From: Chiloscyllium plagiosum
Lineage: Eukaryota
Assembly: GCF_004010195.1 (NCBI RefSeq)
Contig: NC_057718.1
Coordinates: 72,407,018-72,471,017, forward strand
Reading direction: 5' to 3'
Length of the DNA stretch: 64,000 bases
Shown: piece after piece, positions 35,338-47,745 of the stretch
How the letters are laid out: each line of letters starts with the position of its first letter
Position numbering within the stretch: position 1 is the stretch's first letter
Made by a program: the position numbers and the translations under genes
The notes under the pieces: generated by a model
Database searches by the model: none
Told to the model about the DNA's origin: nothing
Seen by the model: the letters and a program-made list of their open reading frames with translations, nothing else

Positions 35338-36861
35338 GTACTTTTATTATCAATATGAAAGGTTGACTCTTTAGAGAAAGTGTTAAAGCTAAAAGCGTTC
35401 CATCCGTTACATCTCCCATAAATGCTAAACTCTGTAGTCAACAGATCGATTATCCTTTGGGTAACAATTATGCCACTGCCATAAGGATTTACTACCTACA
35501 ATTTGATTGATTAATTAATTATGAATTGGAATATAAAACACATTATGTCATGTGGCAATGTCATGATGCTGAACAGGATAGACGTCAAACAAATCCTACA
35601 ACTCAAGACTGGGCATCCATGAGGTGCTATAGACCAAAAGCAGCAACAGAATGGCTCCAGGAGTAAGACACTTCAGTTATGAGGAAGGGTTGGAGAAGTT
35701 GGGGCTGTTTTCCTTGCAGTGGAGAAGACTTATAGGAGATATGATAGCATTTTTCAAAATCATAAGGGGTCTGCACAGGTCAATAAGGAAAAACCGTTCC
35801 TAATTTTAAATGAATTAAAAAACAGTGGGCATAGTTTTGAAGTGTTTTGTACAATAAGCAAAAGCAGATGGTTATGGTTTGGAATTTGAAGTTGTTCAAC
35901 ACTCTGTGATGTATCCTTTGACAACCTTCTACACTAGCCACATCTCCATCAATCTTTGTATTATCTGTAAACTTACTAACACATTATCTACCTTTTCATC
36001 CAAGTCATTTATTCATTTACTGTTTTCAGACTAGCATACCTTGAAATTTGTTGTACTTCCTGTCTCGTCCAACTCTTTGGCCACCTATCTATTCAGAATT
36101 TTAAAAAAATTCTTTCTATAAACATTCAGTTAGAATTTAGTTTAAGCAATTCATTTTTCGCCAGGCTATTTAAGCTATTAATTCTTCTAGACCTGTTGTG
36201 CACTAATATTGTTCAGATATTTCACTTACTGTAATGCATAACCCAAATAATTTTTAAAAAATTTCTGTCTGCCAGTTTAAACAAAAGCCTTAAAAAAAAA
36301 GGCTAGAGTAAAAGAAAGATATTCATCATCCACTGATTTGTCTGCTTTCAAGTGATGTTATGCTTTGAATTTCTTTGTATGTGGTCAGTCCATTCTGATC
36401 TGCCTGGCTCTTTATCTCTCCACCAGACTCCTTCATTTCTCACTGTCAGGCTTGCAATGCCTGCCAGCCTTGCTCAGTTCTTACTCCATCAGACAAAAGA
36501 CCAAAACTGCCCAGGGTAAACATGGGTTTTTTGGAGAACAGCCATATTATCTATGTAAAAAATATGGATGTTCATCATTACTCATGGTTTTCAAGTTTAG
36601 GCAAAAGTCAAAGTAGGTTTCGTTCTCAACTGTTGAGATGTGAATTGTCATTGTTGTGATTTGATTTCTCACATCATGCAAGTTGCAAAATAAATATTGC
36701 TTGTATTTAAACGTTTAAAATATCTTTTTATGCTGATGGTGTGATTAATTTGAGGATGATTGGGGATTAAGGATATATGTATCTTTTTTGATTAAATGGA
36801 TGTGAGACATCTACATCAGACATATTCTATTGGTATGATTGAATATTCTCTGAATGCATAG

Positions 36862-37057
36862 ACTCCTTACCATCCAGAAGAATTGAGACAATTGAATGTG
36901 GATGGAGCAAATGGTATTGGTGCACTAAAGCTTCAAGAATTGGAGTCATACCTTGACAAGAAACTACAGCTGAAGGTCCATAATAATGGTGCAAATGGCA
37001 AACTCAACTATCTCTGTGGAGCAGATTTTGTGAAGGTTCAACAGAAGCTACCTCATG
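36862..37057 (+). CDS. PGM3: PGM3 coding exon (TPYHPEELRQLNVDGANGIG...CGADFVKVQQKLPH), 196 nt
   Basis: catAG acceptor and ATG|GTAAGT donor; VDxANGIG and CGADFVK motifs. Confidence 0.97.
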
Positions 37058-37699
37058 GTAAGTGATGCAATTGTAAAGTGGAGTGATTGAATACAAGTTT
37101 ATAGTGGAGGCCAATTGACTAATCATGCTTTTATCTCTTGTCTACATATAGAACATAGAATATGACAGCGCAGTACAGACCCTTTGGCCCTCGATGTTGC
37201 ACCAACCTGTGAAACCATCTATGTTTCTTTGGTTCAAACATTTATTGACATTTCTCTTGAAATCATGCAACTCCCTTTGCCTCAGCTATTCTAAATGACA
37301 ATGTATTCTTTAAGGAATGTCAACAATGTAAAACAAATTCAAATTCTTGTCCAAATTTGTGATTTAAGGTGACCAAAGTCTATAACACCTCTAGGACCAT
37401 CTCCCTCACCTCTGACTGGGGACAAAGCTGCAGGAGGCATGCAGGAGTGGCAGACTTTTATTCAAGCAGAAACCGGTTAATGCAGGGAGAGGGTCAAAGG
37501 ATCTTCCCAAATCTGGCCTTGACATATGACCATGATTATTGGTTTAGTCTTTGGCTTAGATTGGAGAAAGATCGATGACACACTTGATTTTTACAGGGAA
37601 ATACAGCACCTTTATGCAAGTTGTGTTGCACTAATCAAGTACAGCGTAGTCACTTCCCCCTTACTTCCATTCACCCAATCCTGGAAAACACCTAGGTTG

Positions 37700-40295
37700 A
37701 AAAAGGGTGGCGCTGAAAAAGCACAGTCGACATTTCAGACATAAGCCCTTCATCAGGAATGTGGAGGGGGACGGGAGATGATAGATAAATGAGGGAGTGG
37801 GGCTGGGGGGAAGGTAGGTGGGAAGGTGGATACAGATAGGGGTTAATTGTGGTAGGCCAGTGGGGAGGGTGGACTGGAGAGGTGGGAAGGAAGATGGACA
37901 GGTTGGACAGGTCAAGAGAATAGTGCTTAGTTGGAGGGTTGGATCTGGGATGAGGAGGGGAGGGGAGATTTGGATATTAGTGAGGTTGATGTTGATACCA
38001 TGTGGTTGAAAGGGCAGAAGATGAGGTGTTATTCCTCCAGTTGGCGGGTGGGCTTGATTTGGAAGTGGAAGAGGCCCAAGACTTTCATTTTGGTGGGGGA
38101 GTGGGAGGGAGACTTTAAGTGGCTGGCCACAGGGCAGTTGGGTTGTTTAGTGCATGTGTCCTAGAAATGTTCTCAGAAACGCTCCACAAGTTGGCATCCT
38201 GTCTCCCCAATGTAGAAGATACCATGTCATGAGGAATAGATGCAGAGGATGAGGTGGGTGGATGCATAGGAAAATGTTTGCCAGATGTGAAAAGAGGAAT
38301 GGGTGCAGGTTTTATACTTCGTGAGGCAGCAAGGGAAGACGCCGGCTGTGGAGGGTGGGTTAGTGGGCGGTGTAGACCTAACAAGGGAGTCACAATGGGA
38401 ATGGTCTCTATGGAACACAGATAGGGATGGGGAGGGAAATATATCTTTGGTGGTGGGGTGTGACTGAAGGTGATGGAAATGACGGAAGATAATATACTCC
38501 ATCTGTAGATTAGTAGGGTGGAAGGTGAGGACCGTGGGTTCTATCCTTGTTGCAGTTAGAACGGTTGGGTTCGAGGGTGGAAGTGGAGAGGTGCTGGAGG
38601 GCATTGTTGACCACTTGGGAGGGAAAATTGTGGTCCCTTTAAAAGGAGGACCTCTGTGATATCCTGAGTGGAACTGCTCCTCCTTGGAGCAGATACGGCG
38701 AAGGCGGACGAATTGGGAGTAAGGGATAGTGTTTTTACAGGAGGGGGGTTGGGAGGAGGTGTAGTCAAGGTACCTGTGGTAGTAGGTGGGTTTGAAATTG
38801 ATGTCTGTATTGAGATGTCTGTATTGAGATGCAGAGTTCCAAGAAGGGGAGGGAGGTGTCAGAGCTGAATAACTCTATAACTAACTTTATAAATGAAATC
38901 AATATTACAAATCTCATAGCAAATAGTTAAAACTTTTGTATTCTTACATACGTAATTAGGACAGTAGGAAATACAATGAATAACAGAATTCAAACAGTCC
39001 TTAACAGACCCGAAGTAGTATAATCAATAAATTTGGAATGTGAATTGATAGGATGCATAGAACGATCCCAAGGCCTGGAGTTTACAATGTCTGTTAAACA
39101 CCATGAGACCATGGGAACATGAGGTTGTCCACAGGAATTCCCATCATTGATTAGGTGTTTTACAGAGAGGTAAAACTCAGCACTGCAGATGCTGGAGAAG
39201 TCAAAGCTGAAAAGGATGGCTCTGGAAAAGCACAGCACAGCATCTGAGGAGGAGGGTCGATGTTTCAGGCCTAAGGTCAGTGTGGAAGGTGTTGGTGAAG
39301 TTGATGACTGTTCAACCTCCTCATAGCAGCATGAGTTGGCGCCGATATAGTCATAGAGATGTACAGCACGGAAACTGATCCTTCAGTCCAACTCGTCCAT
39401 GCCGACCAGATATCCTAAATTAATCAGCACTCGACCTATATCCCTCTAAACCCTTCCTATTCATGTATCCATCCAGATGCCTTTTAAATGTTGTAATTGT
39501 ACCAGCCTCCACCACTTCCTCTTGCAGCTCATTCTAAACATTGCCCCTTAGGTCCTTTTTAAATCTTTCCCCTCTCACCCTAAACTTATGCCCTCTAGTT
39601 CTGGACTTACCCAACCTAGGGAAAAGAATTTGTCTATTTACTCTATCCAGTTATTAAGGTAGTGGAAGAAAAGTTGGGGGCTGAAGCCAGTATAACTATG
39701 GAAGGTGGATATTTCACGTACCTAGTGAAGAGGCAGGCAAAGCTGGGGCCCATGCAGGTGCCCCAGGCTACCCCTCTGGTCTGATGGTTTGAAGAAGTTG
39801 TTGAGGGTGAGAACCAGTTCCACAAATCAAATAAGTGTGTTATTGAGTGGGACTGGTTGGATCGGTAGGAGAGGAACAAACAGAGGACTAGTAGTCTTTT
39901 GCCATGGGTGATGGATGGATGTAGGGACTGGATGTCCATGGTGAAGATGAGGTGTTGGGGGCTAGGGAAGTGAAAGTCGTGGAGGAGGTGGAGGATATGG
40001 GTGATGTCCCGAACGTCTGTCTTCCTTCCCACTATGCACTCTATCCTCTCCACTGACCTATCACAATTACCCCTTCCTGTATCCTTGTATCACCTTCCCA
40101 CCTCCTTCCCCATATCCGCCTCCCTATTTATCTCCATCCCCCCCCTCCCTCTTCCCCCCCCCCCCCCCCCTCACATTGCTGATGAAGGACTTTTGCCTGA
40201 AACGTCGAACCTCCTCCTCAGATGCTGTGCTGTGCTTTTCCAGAGCCATCCTTTTCGGCTTTGACTTCTCCAGCATCTGCAGTGCTGAGTTTTTC
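37700..40295 (-). mobile_element. Decayed Penelope-like element (RT to GIY-YIG on minus, inverted terminal arm at about 40018-40295), interrupted by a templated duplication and a CR1 3' end (about 39352-39648)
   Basis: TMDIQSL, QTRGVAWGTCMGPSFACLF and PTVLTFHP remnants; hammerhead remnants at about 37726-37760 (-) and 40178-40210 (+). Confidence 0.8.
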
Positions 40296-40597
40296 CTCTC
40301 TGTAAAACACCTAATCAATGATGGGAATTCCTATGGACAACCTCATGTTCCCACGGTCTCATGGTGTTTAACAGACATTGTAAACTCCAGGCCTTGGGAT
40401 CGTTCTATGCATCCTATCGATTCACATTCCAAATTTATTGATTATACTACTTCGGGTCTGTTAAGGACTGTTTGAATTCTGTTATTCATTTCTTACTGTC
40501 CTAATTACGTATGTAAGAATACAAAAGTTTTAACTATTTGCTATGAGATTTGTAATATTGATTTCATTTATAAAGTTAGTTATAGAGTTATTCAGCT
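38863..40597. repeat. Long inverted repeat: arms 38863-39270 and 40195-40597
   Basis: Arms are reverse complements with a few substitutions and one 5-nt indel; the ORF track shows twin peptides at 38990-39238 (-) and 40176-40475 (+). Confidence 0.95.
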
Positions 40598-41419
40598 ACT
40601 TCTACTACTAGCACTTTGTGATTAATAGGTTGCAACTGTTCTATTTGGTACTGGGCCTTCCTTTAGAGATCGGAGAAAGTGTTTCCTGAGGCTGTATGTT
40701 TAAATGTTTTTCCCCTAATGCTTGTATTATATTTTGGTTACATGTATCTATCCTTTATGTATAAAACTACTTCTGTGATTATCTGAAGAACCTTTAACTA
40801 GAACCTATTCTTAATATTACAAATAATTTGAAAAAAATAACTATGTACTACAAAGTAATTGTCAGTGCAGCTGCTTAGAGTAAATCTGGGTGGTTCATGA
40901 GCTGAGACTCACGCCTGGTGTTTTTCATTTACTGGGACAATCATCCTTTCATTAATGAAGCTAGGATCAGTCATTTCTCTGTCCTTTGGCATCCTCTTAT
41001 GAAAAGTTTTTCAGACTGTCGCTGTGTAAAGCCCCTTCATTGGCCTTGGGGTAGCTCTGTTCAGCGGTACCATTGTGCTTCATTTGTTTGTTTGTCAAGT
41101 TCATCTCTTTTCAGCCATTTTGTGTCTTAATGCTGAGATAGGCTGTTTCATTTTACTTAATCCTTGTCAGCCATTTGTTTTTGTGTCTTCCAAACAATGG
41201 CCGTTTTGGTATAAGCAGGTACGGGTCATCCCTACAACACCCAAACCACATGAAGTAAAATGCCCTTTTCACCCTGCTAAAACCCTTCATAATTTTATAA
41301 ACTGTAAATAGTTATCCCCTCAGCTTTTTCTGTTCCAATATCTTCAGTCTTCCCTCATGGCTTATGGTTTTCCACCCCCAGTGTCATTCTGATGAAACTA
41401 CACTGTACTTTCTCTTTTT

Positions 41420-43100
41420 TTTCCTTCTTTACTCATTCACGGGATGAGAACATCGCTGGCTAGGCAACATTTACTGCCCACCCCTAATTGCCCAGAGGGC
41501 AGTTAAGAGTCTATCACATTGCTGTGGTTTTGGAGTCACATGTAGGCCACACGAGGTATGGAAGGCAGTTTCCTTCCCTGAAAGGCATTAGTGAACATAG
41601 AACAGTACAGCACATAAGGCCATTTGGTCCTCGATGTTGTGTCGGCCTTTTATCCTACTCTAGGATCAGACTAACCCACATAGCCTTCATTGTACTAACT
41701 TCTATGTACTATTCAAGAGTCACTTAAATGTCCCTAATGTACCTGACTCTACGATCACTGCTGGCAGTGCATTCCACATACCCACCACTTTCTGAGCAAA
41801 GAACCTACCTCTGATATCTCCCCTAAATCTTTCTCCAATTACCTTCAAATTATGCCCCCTAGTGATAGGCATTTCCGCCCTTGGAAACGTCACTTTATTT
41901 ATGGCCTAAGACTAGTGGTATGCCATAAGGATCGGTGCTGGCTCCACTACTTTTCATCATTTATATAAATGATTTGGATGTGAACATAGGATATACAGTT
42001 AGTAAGTTTGCAGATGACACCAAAACTGGAGGTGTGGTGGAGAGTGAAGAAGGTTACCTCAGAAAACAACAGGATTTTGGTCAGATGGACCAGTGTGCTG
42101 AGAAGTGGCAGATGGAGTTTAATTTAGATAATTGCGATGTAATGCATTTTGGAAAAGCAAATCAGAGCAGGACTTAAAAACTTAATGGTAAGGTCCTGGG
42201 GAGTGCTGCTGAATAAAGAGACTTTGGAGCGCAGGTTCATGTTCCTTGAAAGTAAAGTCTCCGGTAGATAGGACAGTGGAGAAGGTGTTTAGTATACTTT
42301 CCTTTATTGGTCAGAATATTGAGTATGGGATTTGGGAGGTCATGTTGCAGCTGTACAGGGAGTTGGTTAGGTCACGTTTGGAATTTTGCATGTAATTCTG
42401 GTCTCCCTCCTATCGGAAGGATGTTGTGAAACTTGAAAGGGTTCAGAAAATATTTACAAGGATGTTGCCAGGATTGGAGGATTTGAGCTACAGGGAAAGG
42501 CTGAGTAGGCTGAGGCTGTTTTTCCTGGAGCATAGGCTGAGGGGTAAACTTGTAGAGGTTTATAAAATCATGAGGGGCATGAATAGGATAAATAGACAAG
42601 GTCTTTTCCCTGGGGTAAGGGAGTCCAAAACTAGAGGGTATAGGTTTAGTGTGAGAGAGGAAAGATGCAAAAGGGCAACCTTTTCACTCAGATGATGGTG
42701 TGTGTATGGAATGAGCTGTCAGAGGAAGTGGTGGAGACTGGTAAAATTGCATTATTTAAAAGGCATCTGATTGGGAATTTGAATAGGAAGGGTTTAGAGG
42801 AATATGGGCCAGGTGCTGGCACATGGAACTAGATAAGATTAGCATGTCATGGTCGACATGGACGAGTTAAACCGAAGGGTCTACTTCTCTACTGTACTTC
42901 TCCATGACTCTGACCATGTTTTTTTTTCTGATAATCGGCAATAGATTCATCATCATCATTAAATTCTTCATTCCAGATATGTATTAAATTCAAGTTACAC
43001 CATCTGCCTTGGCAGGATTCAAACCTGGGTCCCAAGAAGGTTAGCTGGATCTCTGGATTAACAGTCCAGCAATAATGCCACTAGGCCATCACCTCCCCAA
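41420..43100 (-). mobile_element. Second tRNA-derived SINE-like element (head near 43098, tail near 41420), split by CR1 pieces at about 41595-41885 (-) and 41910-42912 (+)
   Basis: Minus-strand head TGGCCTAGTGG...GGTTTGAATCC; tail matches 5150-5245 and 62995-63057; CR1 IYINDLD..KFADDTK in ORF 41935-42177. Confidence 0.6.
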
Positions 43101-43469
43101 TATAATCTCCTCCTCTATGATCTCTCTTCAATGGTTACCTAAAATAATTCCTGCTTTAGTAACTATCTGTGAGCCATAGAAAATAATGTATAGAAGCATA
43201 GAATTTTATAGAACAGCAGGAGACCGTTTGACCCATCGTGTCTAACAGCTCCCAAAAGAGCTACCCAGCTAGCCCTCTAACTTCAGCACTTTAAAATACA
43301 TATCCTGCTGTCTTTTAGAAACCTATGGAATCTACCTCCCCCACACTCCCAGGCGGCACATTCTAAATTCTAACAAATTTCTAAAAGAATTTCTCCTCAT
43401 TCCACTCCTAGCTCTTTTGGTGACAATCTTCAGTTGTGACCATCGATATTCACATATGATATAGTGAAA

Positions 43470-43770
43470 CAGAATCACAGAATCCCCACAGTGTGGAAGC
43501 AGGCTATTCAGCCCATTGAGTTAACACCGACCCTCAGAAGTGCATCCAAACCCACCTCCACTTTATCCCTGTAACCCTGCATTTTCCATGGCCAAACTAC
43601 CTAATCTGCATATCTCTGGACTGTGGGAGGAAACTGGAGCATCCAGAGGAAATCCACGCAAACAAGGGGACAATGTGCAAATTTCATGCAGCTGCCCAAG
43701 GGTGGAATTGAACCTGGATCCCTGGTGCTGTGAGATAACATTCTAACCACTGAGCCACCATGCTGTCCAA
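43470..43770 (-). mobile_element. Older HE1-type SINE
   Basis: Diverged reverse complement of the consensus. Confidence 0.8.
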
Positions 43771-43993
43771 TATCCTCCTTTACCAAGTCAAAATTGTTCA
43801 TAATTTGGAACACCTCAATACGGTCACCTCCTAATCGTCTCCGGTCCAGGTAAAAAAAGCTCCACCTCTCTAATCTTTCTTTGTATATACATCCTTCAAT
43901 CCTGGTATCTTTCTCGTAAATCTCCTATGAGCTGTCTATTGGGACATTAACGTCTTACTTAAATAAGGTGCCCAAAACTGAACACACTACTAT

Positions 43994-45765
43994 TGTGATG
44001 ATACTATGGCTTTAAGAGGTATATTTTTATTTATGAAGAATGTTGAGGCAGAGTTGCTGAACAGTCTGCTCCAAAGCCAATAAACAGCTTGTGAGGCCTT
44101 GTTTTTTTTAAGTTAAAATCTGAATAGGTGGGATCAAGCTCCCACAAAACCAGGATGTTTTTTAGTTTTAGTCTTCAGTAACAGTTGCTAGGATCTTGAA
44201 GCTAGATGTGGAACCTCTTTTCCAGCTAAATGCTCGGGTTCTCTTCCTGCTGCTAGAAGTCCACATGAGATGATCGATTTTACTGAATTTGCCTTCACCA
44301 AGGGTGTTTTTATGGGATTTTACTGTACTGGAACAGTTAATTAGTCGTAGTTAATATATAAATTATTTTGTTAAGCTTTTTGATCATTACAGTTAAGCCA
44401 ATTCTTTTATTTTCTATATCTTAATTCTAGTGTATGCATGTATGCATGGAGTGTGTTTTGTTTCAAGTCTGGTAGTTTGGCAATCGAATTCCATCTGGAA
44501 CGCACTGCCTTACGTTAACCTTTAAAATAAGAAAACATTAGGGTCCAGGCTACCCTCTTTATTTTGAGGGCATTTGGTATGGTTGAGAACAAACTGGGGG
44601 CTCTTGTCTGGATGAAAATCTCTAATTCCAGGTTGGTTTTACGATTATTGGACTCAAAGGCAGTGAGTAGTGAATGTTGGTGTTTTCTTTTTGGGTTTTG
44701 AATTTTGTTGATTTAAATAAGGTGTTTTTTTTGCAATAATGGCTTTTTCAGTCACAAAGATTTTCCTGGGTATAGAAAAAGTCATTTCTGGAGTTTTATA
44801 GAAGTTGAGCAAGGCAAAGCTTTTGGAATTGGCAACCCAGCTGGAGTTGGGAGTTGCCTTTGTCCTTGCAAAAAGAGAGGTAATTACAGTAGTAGCCCGA
44901 CATTTATGATTGCCAGAAATGCCATTGGAATCAATGGAAAAGGCTAAAATTCAATTGCAAATGAAGCAGTTGAAACACAAAAAGGAAATGAAACAGTTTG
45001 AATTATGATTGAAGGCAGAGCAAAATGAAAAATAAAGTGAGAAGAGAGTTTTTGAACTTCAAAAGTTGGAACTGAAAACTTGAAGTTGACTTAAAATAGC
45101 AAAGGTAGAGGTGAAAGGTAGAAGTTATGATGAGGACAGCGATGGAAAGCAATCCCATCACAGCTAAAGGCCTAGCGGGGATCTGTTTAAATATGTTTAA
45201 GCATTGCTTACGTTCAATGAGAAGGATCCAGAAGCCTTTCTCATTTCATTTAAGAAAGTGGCTAAACAAATGAAATGATTGGTGACCACTTGGGTATTGT
45301 TGATCCAAACAAAGTAGCTAGGTAGAACTAGTGAGGTATTTGTATCACTATCAGAGGAGGTATCTGGGGAATATGAGGAGGTTAAGAAAGCCATTTTAAA
45401 TGCATTTGAGCTGGTACTCGAAGCCTAACAGACAAAGTTTTAGGAATCTAAGAAGGTAACCTGGTCAAACATACACAGAGTTTGAAAGAATCAGACAAAG
45501 TAATTTTGATAGGTGGATAAAGGGATTGAAAATGGATCAAACATAAGTCACTCTTAGAGAGACAATTACTTTGGAGGAGTTCAAAAATTCACCTCCTGAA
45601 GTAGTGAGAACTCATGGAAGAACAGAGCGAGTCAAAACTGCAAGATTAGCAGTGGAAATGACTTATGATTGTGAATTGGTTGCTATATCAAAATTTGGCT
45701 TCTGATATCAATTTCAGTCAATGAAGGATAGAAATTGGGGAAAAGAGAAATCCTTAGATGACAAA
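43994..45765 (+). mobile_element. Truncated Gypsy (Gmr1-like) element: 5' LTR 43994-44591, PBS, decayed gag
   Basis: TG...CA LTR followed by PBS-like TGGGGGCTC; gag remnant FNEKDPEAFLISFKKVA..YEEVKKAILNAFEL..QSFRNL..ITLEEFKNS with stops. Confidence 0.8.
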
Positions 45766-46210
45766 ATTGAGATCAAAAGTAGTTATTTTAGAGAATATGA
45801 AAGAACTCTTTACCTTCAGTACAATTCCAATTGCTTTGTCAGTGTAGCAGTCTTCATATTGCTCAGACTCCTTCTCCTTTATGTGAAAGCAGACTGGGCA
45901 TGTCCACATGACTAAATAGTGACTTTCAGTGAACCTACTTCAATGCTGCTACTTGTAGAAGATAAAAATCTTTTGTAGACTGACCCAAACAAGTTTATTA
46001 AAAAGTTAAAGCAAGGAAAACCATAATGGATACAAGGCCATAGAGCACTGTAGTTTCTTTGGGAAACCATAGTACTATGGGTGCCAGATTATGGAAGTAA
46101 AACTTTTATAATCTTTATATGTTGCATTGCAAGTGAAAAAGCTAGTTTCCGATTATCGTCTGTCCTAATTATGACAAAGTTGTTAACAACCACATTTTCG
46201 ATTGTTACAG

Positions 46211-46368
46211 GCTTACACATTAAGGCAAATGAACGCAGCTGCTCATTTGATGGTGATGCAGACAGAATTGTATATTATTATATTGATGAATCTGGATGTT
46301 TCCACCTTCTTGATGGAGATAAGATCGCAACTTTAATTACAGTATTTCTGCAGGAGCTTCTTGTCAAG
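46211..46368 (+). CDS. PGM3: PGM3 coding exon with the metal-binding loop SFDGDADR, 158 nt
   Basis: tacAG acceptor and AAG|GTAAAG donor; DGDADR and LLDGDKIA motifs. Confidence 0.98.
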
Positions 46369-46409
46369 GTAAAGCTTTTCTTCAAGTAATCTCATAAATC
46401 AAATCCCAG

Positions 46410-46625
46410 TTCAAAGTTTGTGAGAAGATTTGTAGCTCGGGTGCTCGTTGTTGTGGTTCTGCTCGCCGAGCTGGGAATTTGTGTTGCAGACGTTTCGTCC
46501 CCTGTCTAGGTGACATCCTCAGTGCTTGGGAACCTCCTGCGAAGCGCTTCTGTGATGTTTCCTCCGGCATTTATAGTGGTTTGTCTCTGCCGCTTCCAGT
46601 TGTCAGTTCCAGCTGTCCGCTGGAA
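46410..46625 (-). mobile_element. Young Penelope-like 3' terminal fragment, same family as 1936-2437
   Basis: Largely the reverse complement of 2265-2437; starts about 40 nt after a PGM3 donor site. Confidence 0.88.
46486..46525 (-). ncRNA. Minimal type I hammerhead ribozyme motif, family B (representative copy)
   Basis: Minus strand GCA-CTGAGGA-t-GTC acctagacaggg GAC-GAA-ACGT-C-TGC: stem I GCA/TGC, core, stem II, palindromic ACGT, GUC triplet. Confidence 0.78.
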
Positions 46626-46675
46626 CAACGTTTATAGTTGTTATTAATTAGCCTGTTTAAATGTCTTATGACACA

Positions 46676-47745
46676 TTGGGACAGCACGGGTGTCATAGAG
46701 GTTAGCACTGCTGCCTCACAGCGCCAGAGACCCCGGTTCAATTCCCGCCTCAGGCGACCGACTGTGTGGAGTTTGCACATTCTCCCCGTGTCTGCGTGGG
46801 TTTCCTCCAGGTGCTCCGGTTTCCTCCCACAGTCCAATAATGTGCAGGTTAGGTGAATTGGCCACGCGAAATTGTCTGTAGTGTTAGGTGCAGGGGTAAA
46901 TGTAGGGGAATGGGTCTGGGTGGGTGCGCTTCGGCGGGTCGGTGTGGACTTGTTGGGCCGAAGGGCTTGTTTCCACACTGTAAGTAATCTAAGAAATGTT
47001 TTTTGTGGGCGGCACGGTGGCACAGTGGTTAGCACTGCTGCCTCACAGCGCCAGAGACCCGGGTTCAATTCCCGCCTCAGGCGACTGACTGTGTGGAGTT
47101 TGCACATTCTCCCCGTGTCTGCGTGGGTTTCCTCCGAGTGCTCCGGTTTCCTCCCACAGTCCAAAGATGTGCAGGTCAGGTGAATTGGCCATGCTAAATT
47201 GCCCGTAGTGTTAGGTAAGGGGTAGATGTAGGGGTATGGGTGGGTTGCGCTTCTGCGGGGCGATGTGGACTTGTTGGGCTGAAGGGCCTGTTTCCACATC
47301 GTAAGTAATCTAATCTAATCTAATAACGTCCAAACTTCTGTACTCTATACTCTGACCAAGAAAGGAAAGCATTAACAAATGCTTTTTTCATTATCCTATC
47401 TACCTGCGACTCCACTTTCAAGGAGCTATGAAGGTGGCTCAGTGGTTAGCACTGTTGCCTCACAGCACCAGGGTTCCAGGTTCAATTCCAGCCTTGGGCA
47501 ACTGTCTGTGTGGAGTTTGCATATTCTCCCCGTGTCTGCGTGGGTTTCCTCCGGATGCTCCGGTTTCCTCCCACAGTGCAAAGATGTGCAGGTCAGGTGA
47601 ATTGGCCATGCTAAATTGCCCAAAATGTTAGGTGTATCAGTCAGAGGGAAATGGGTCTGGGTGGGTTAGTCTTCGGAGGGTCAGTGTGGACTGGTTGGGC
47701 CGAAGGGCCTGTTTCCACACAGTAGGGAATCTAATCTAATCTAAT
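46676..47745 (+). mobile_element. Three tandem HE1-type SINEs (about 46676-46992, 47006-47322, 47433-47745)
   Basis: B-box GGTTCAATTCC and TAATC-repeat tails in each; A-box TGGCnCAGTGG intact in the second and third. Confidence 0.92.

Noticed and set aside
38863..40597. Inverted arms as terminal inverted repeats of a DNA transposon
   Set aside because: No TSD at the outer ends and no transposase; the interior is the continuation of the PLE lying outside the left arm.
44739..45765. Gmr1-like gag as a possible SCAN-domain host gene
   Set aside because: Multiple stops and frameshifts, and it directly follows an LTR and PBS.
47006..47080. tRNA-like sequence with A and B boxes
   Set aside because: It is the SINE head, continuous with the SINE body and tail; not a tRNA gene.
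46571..47299. 242-aa ORF and many similar ORFs (WPIHLTCTSLDCGRKPEH..., CLCGVCTFSPCLRGFPPGAPVSSH)
   Set aside because: Chance translations of HE1-type SINE copies, not protein-coding genes.
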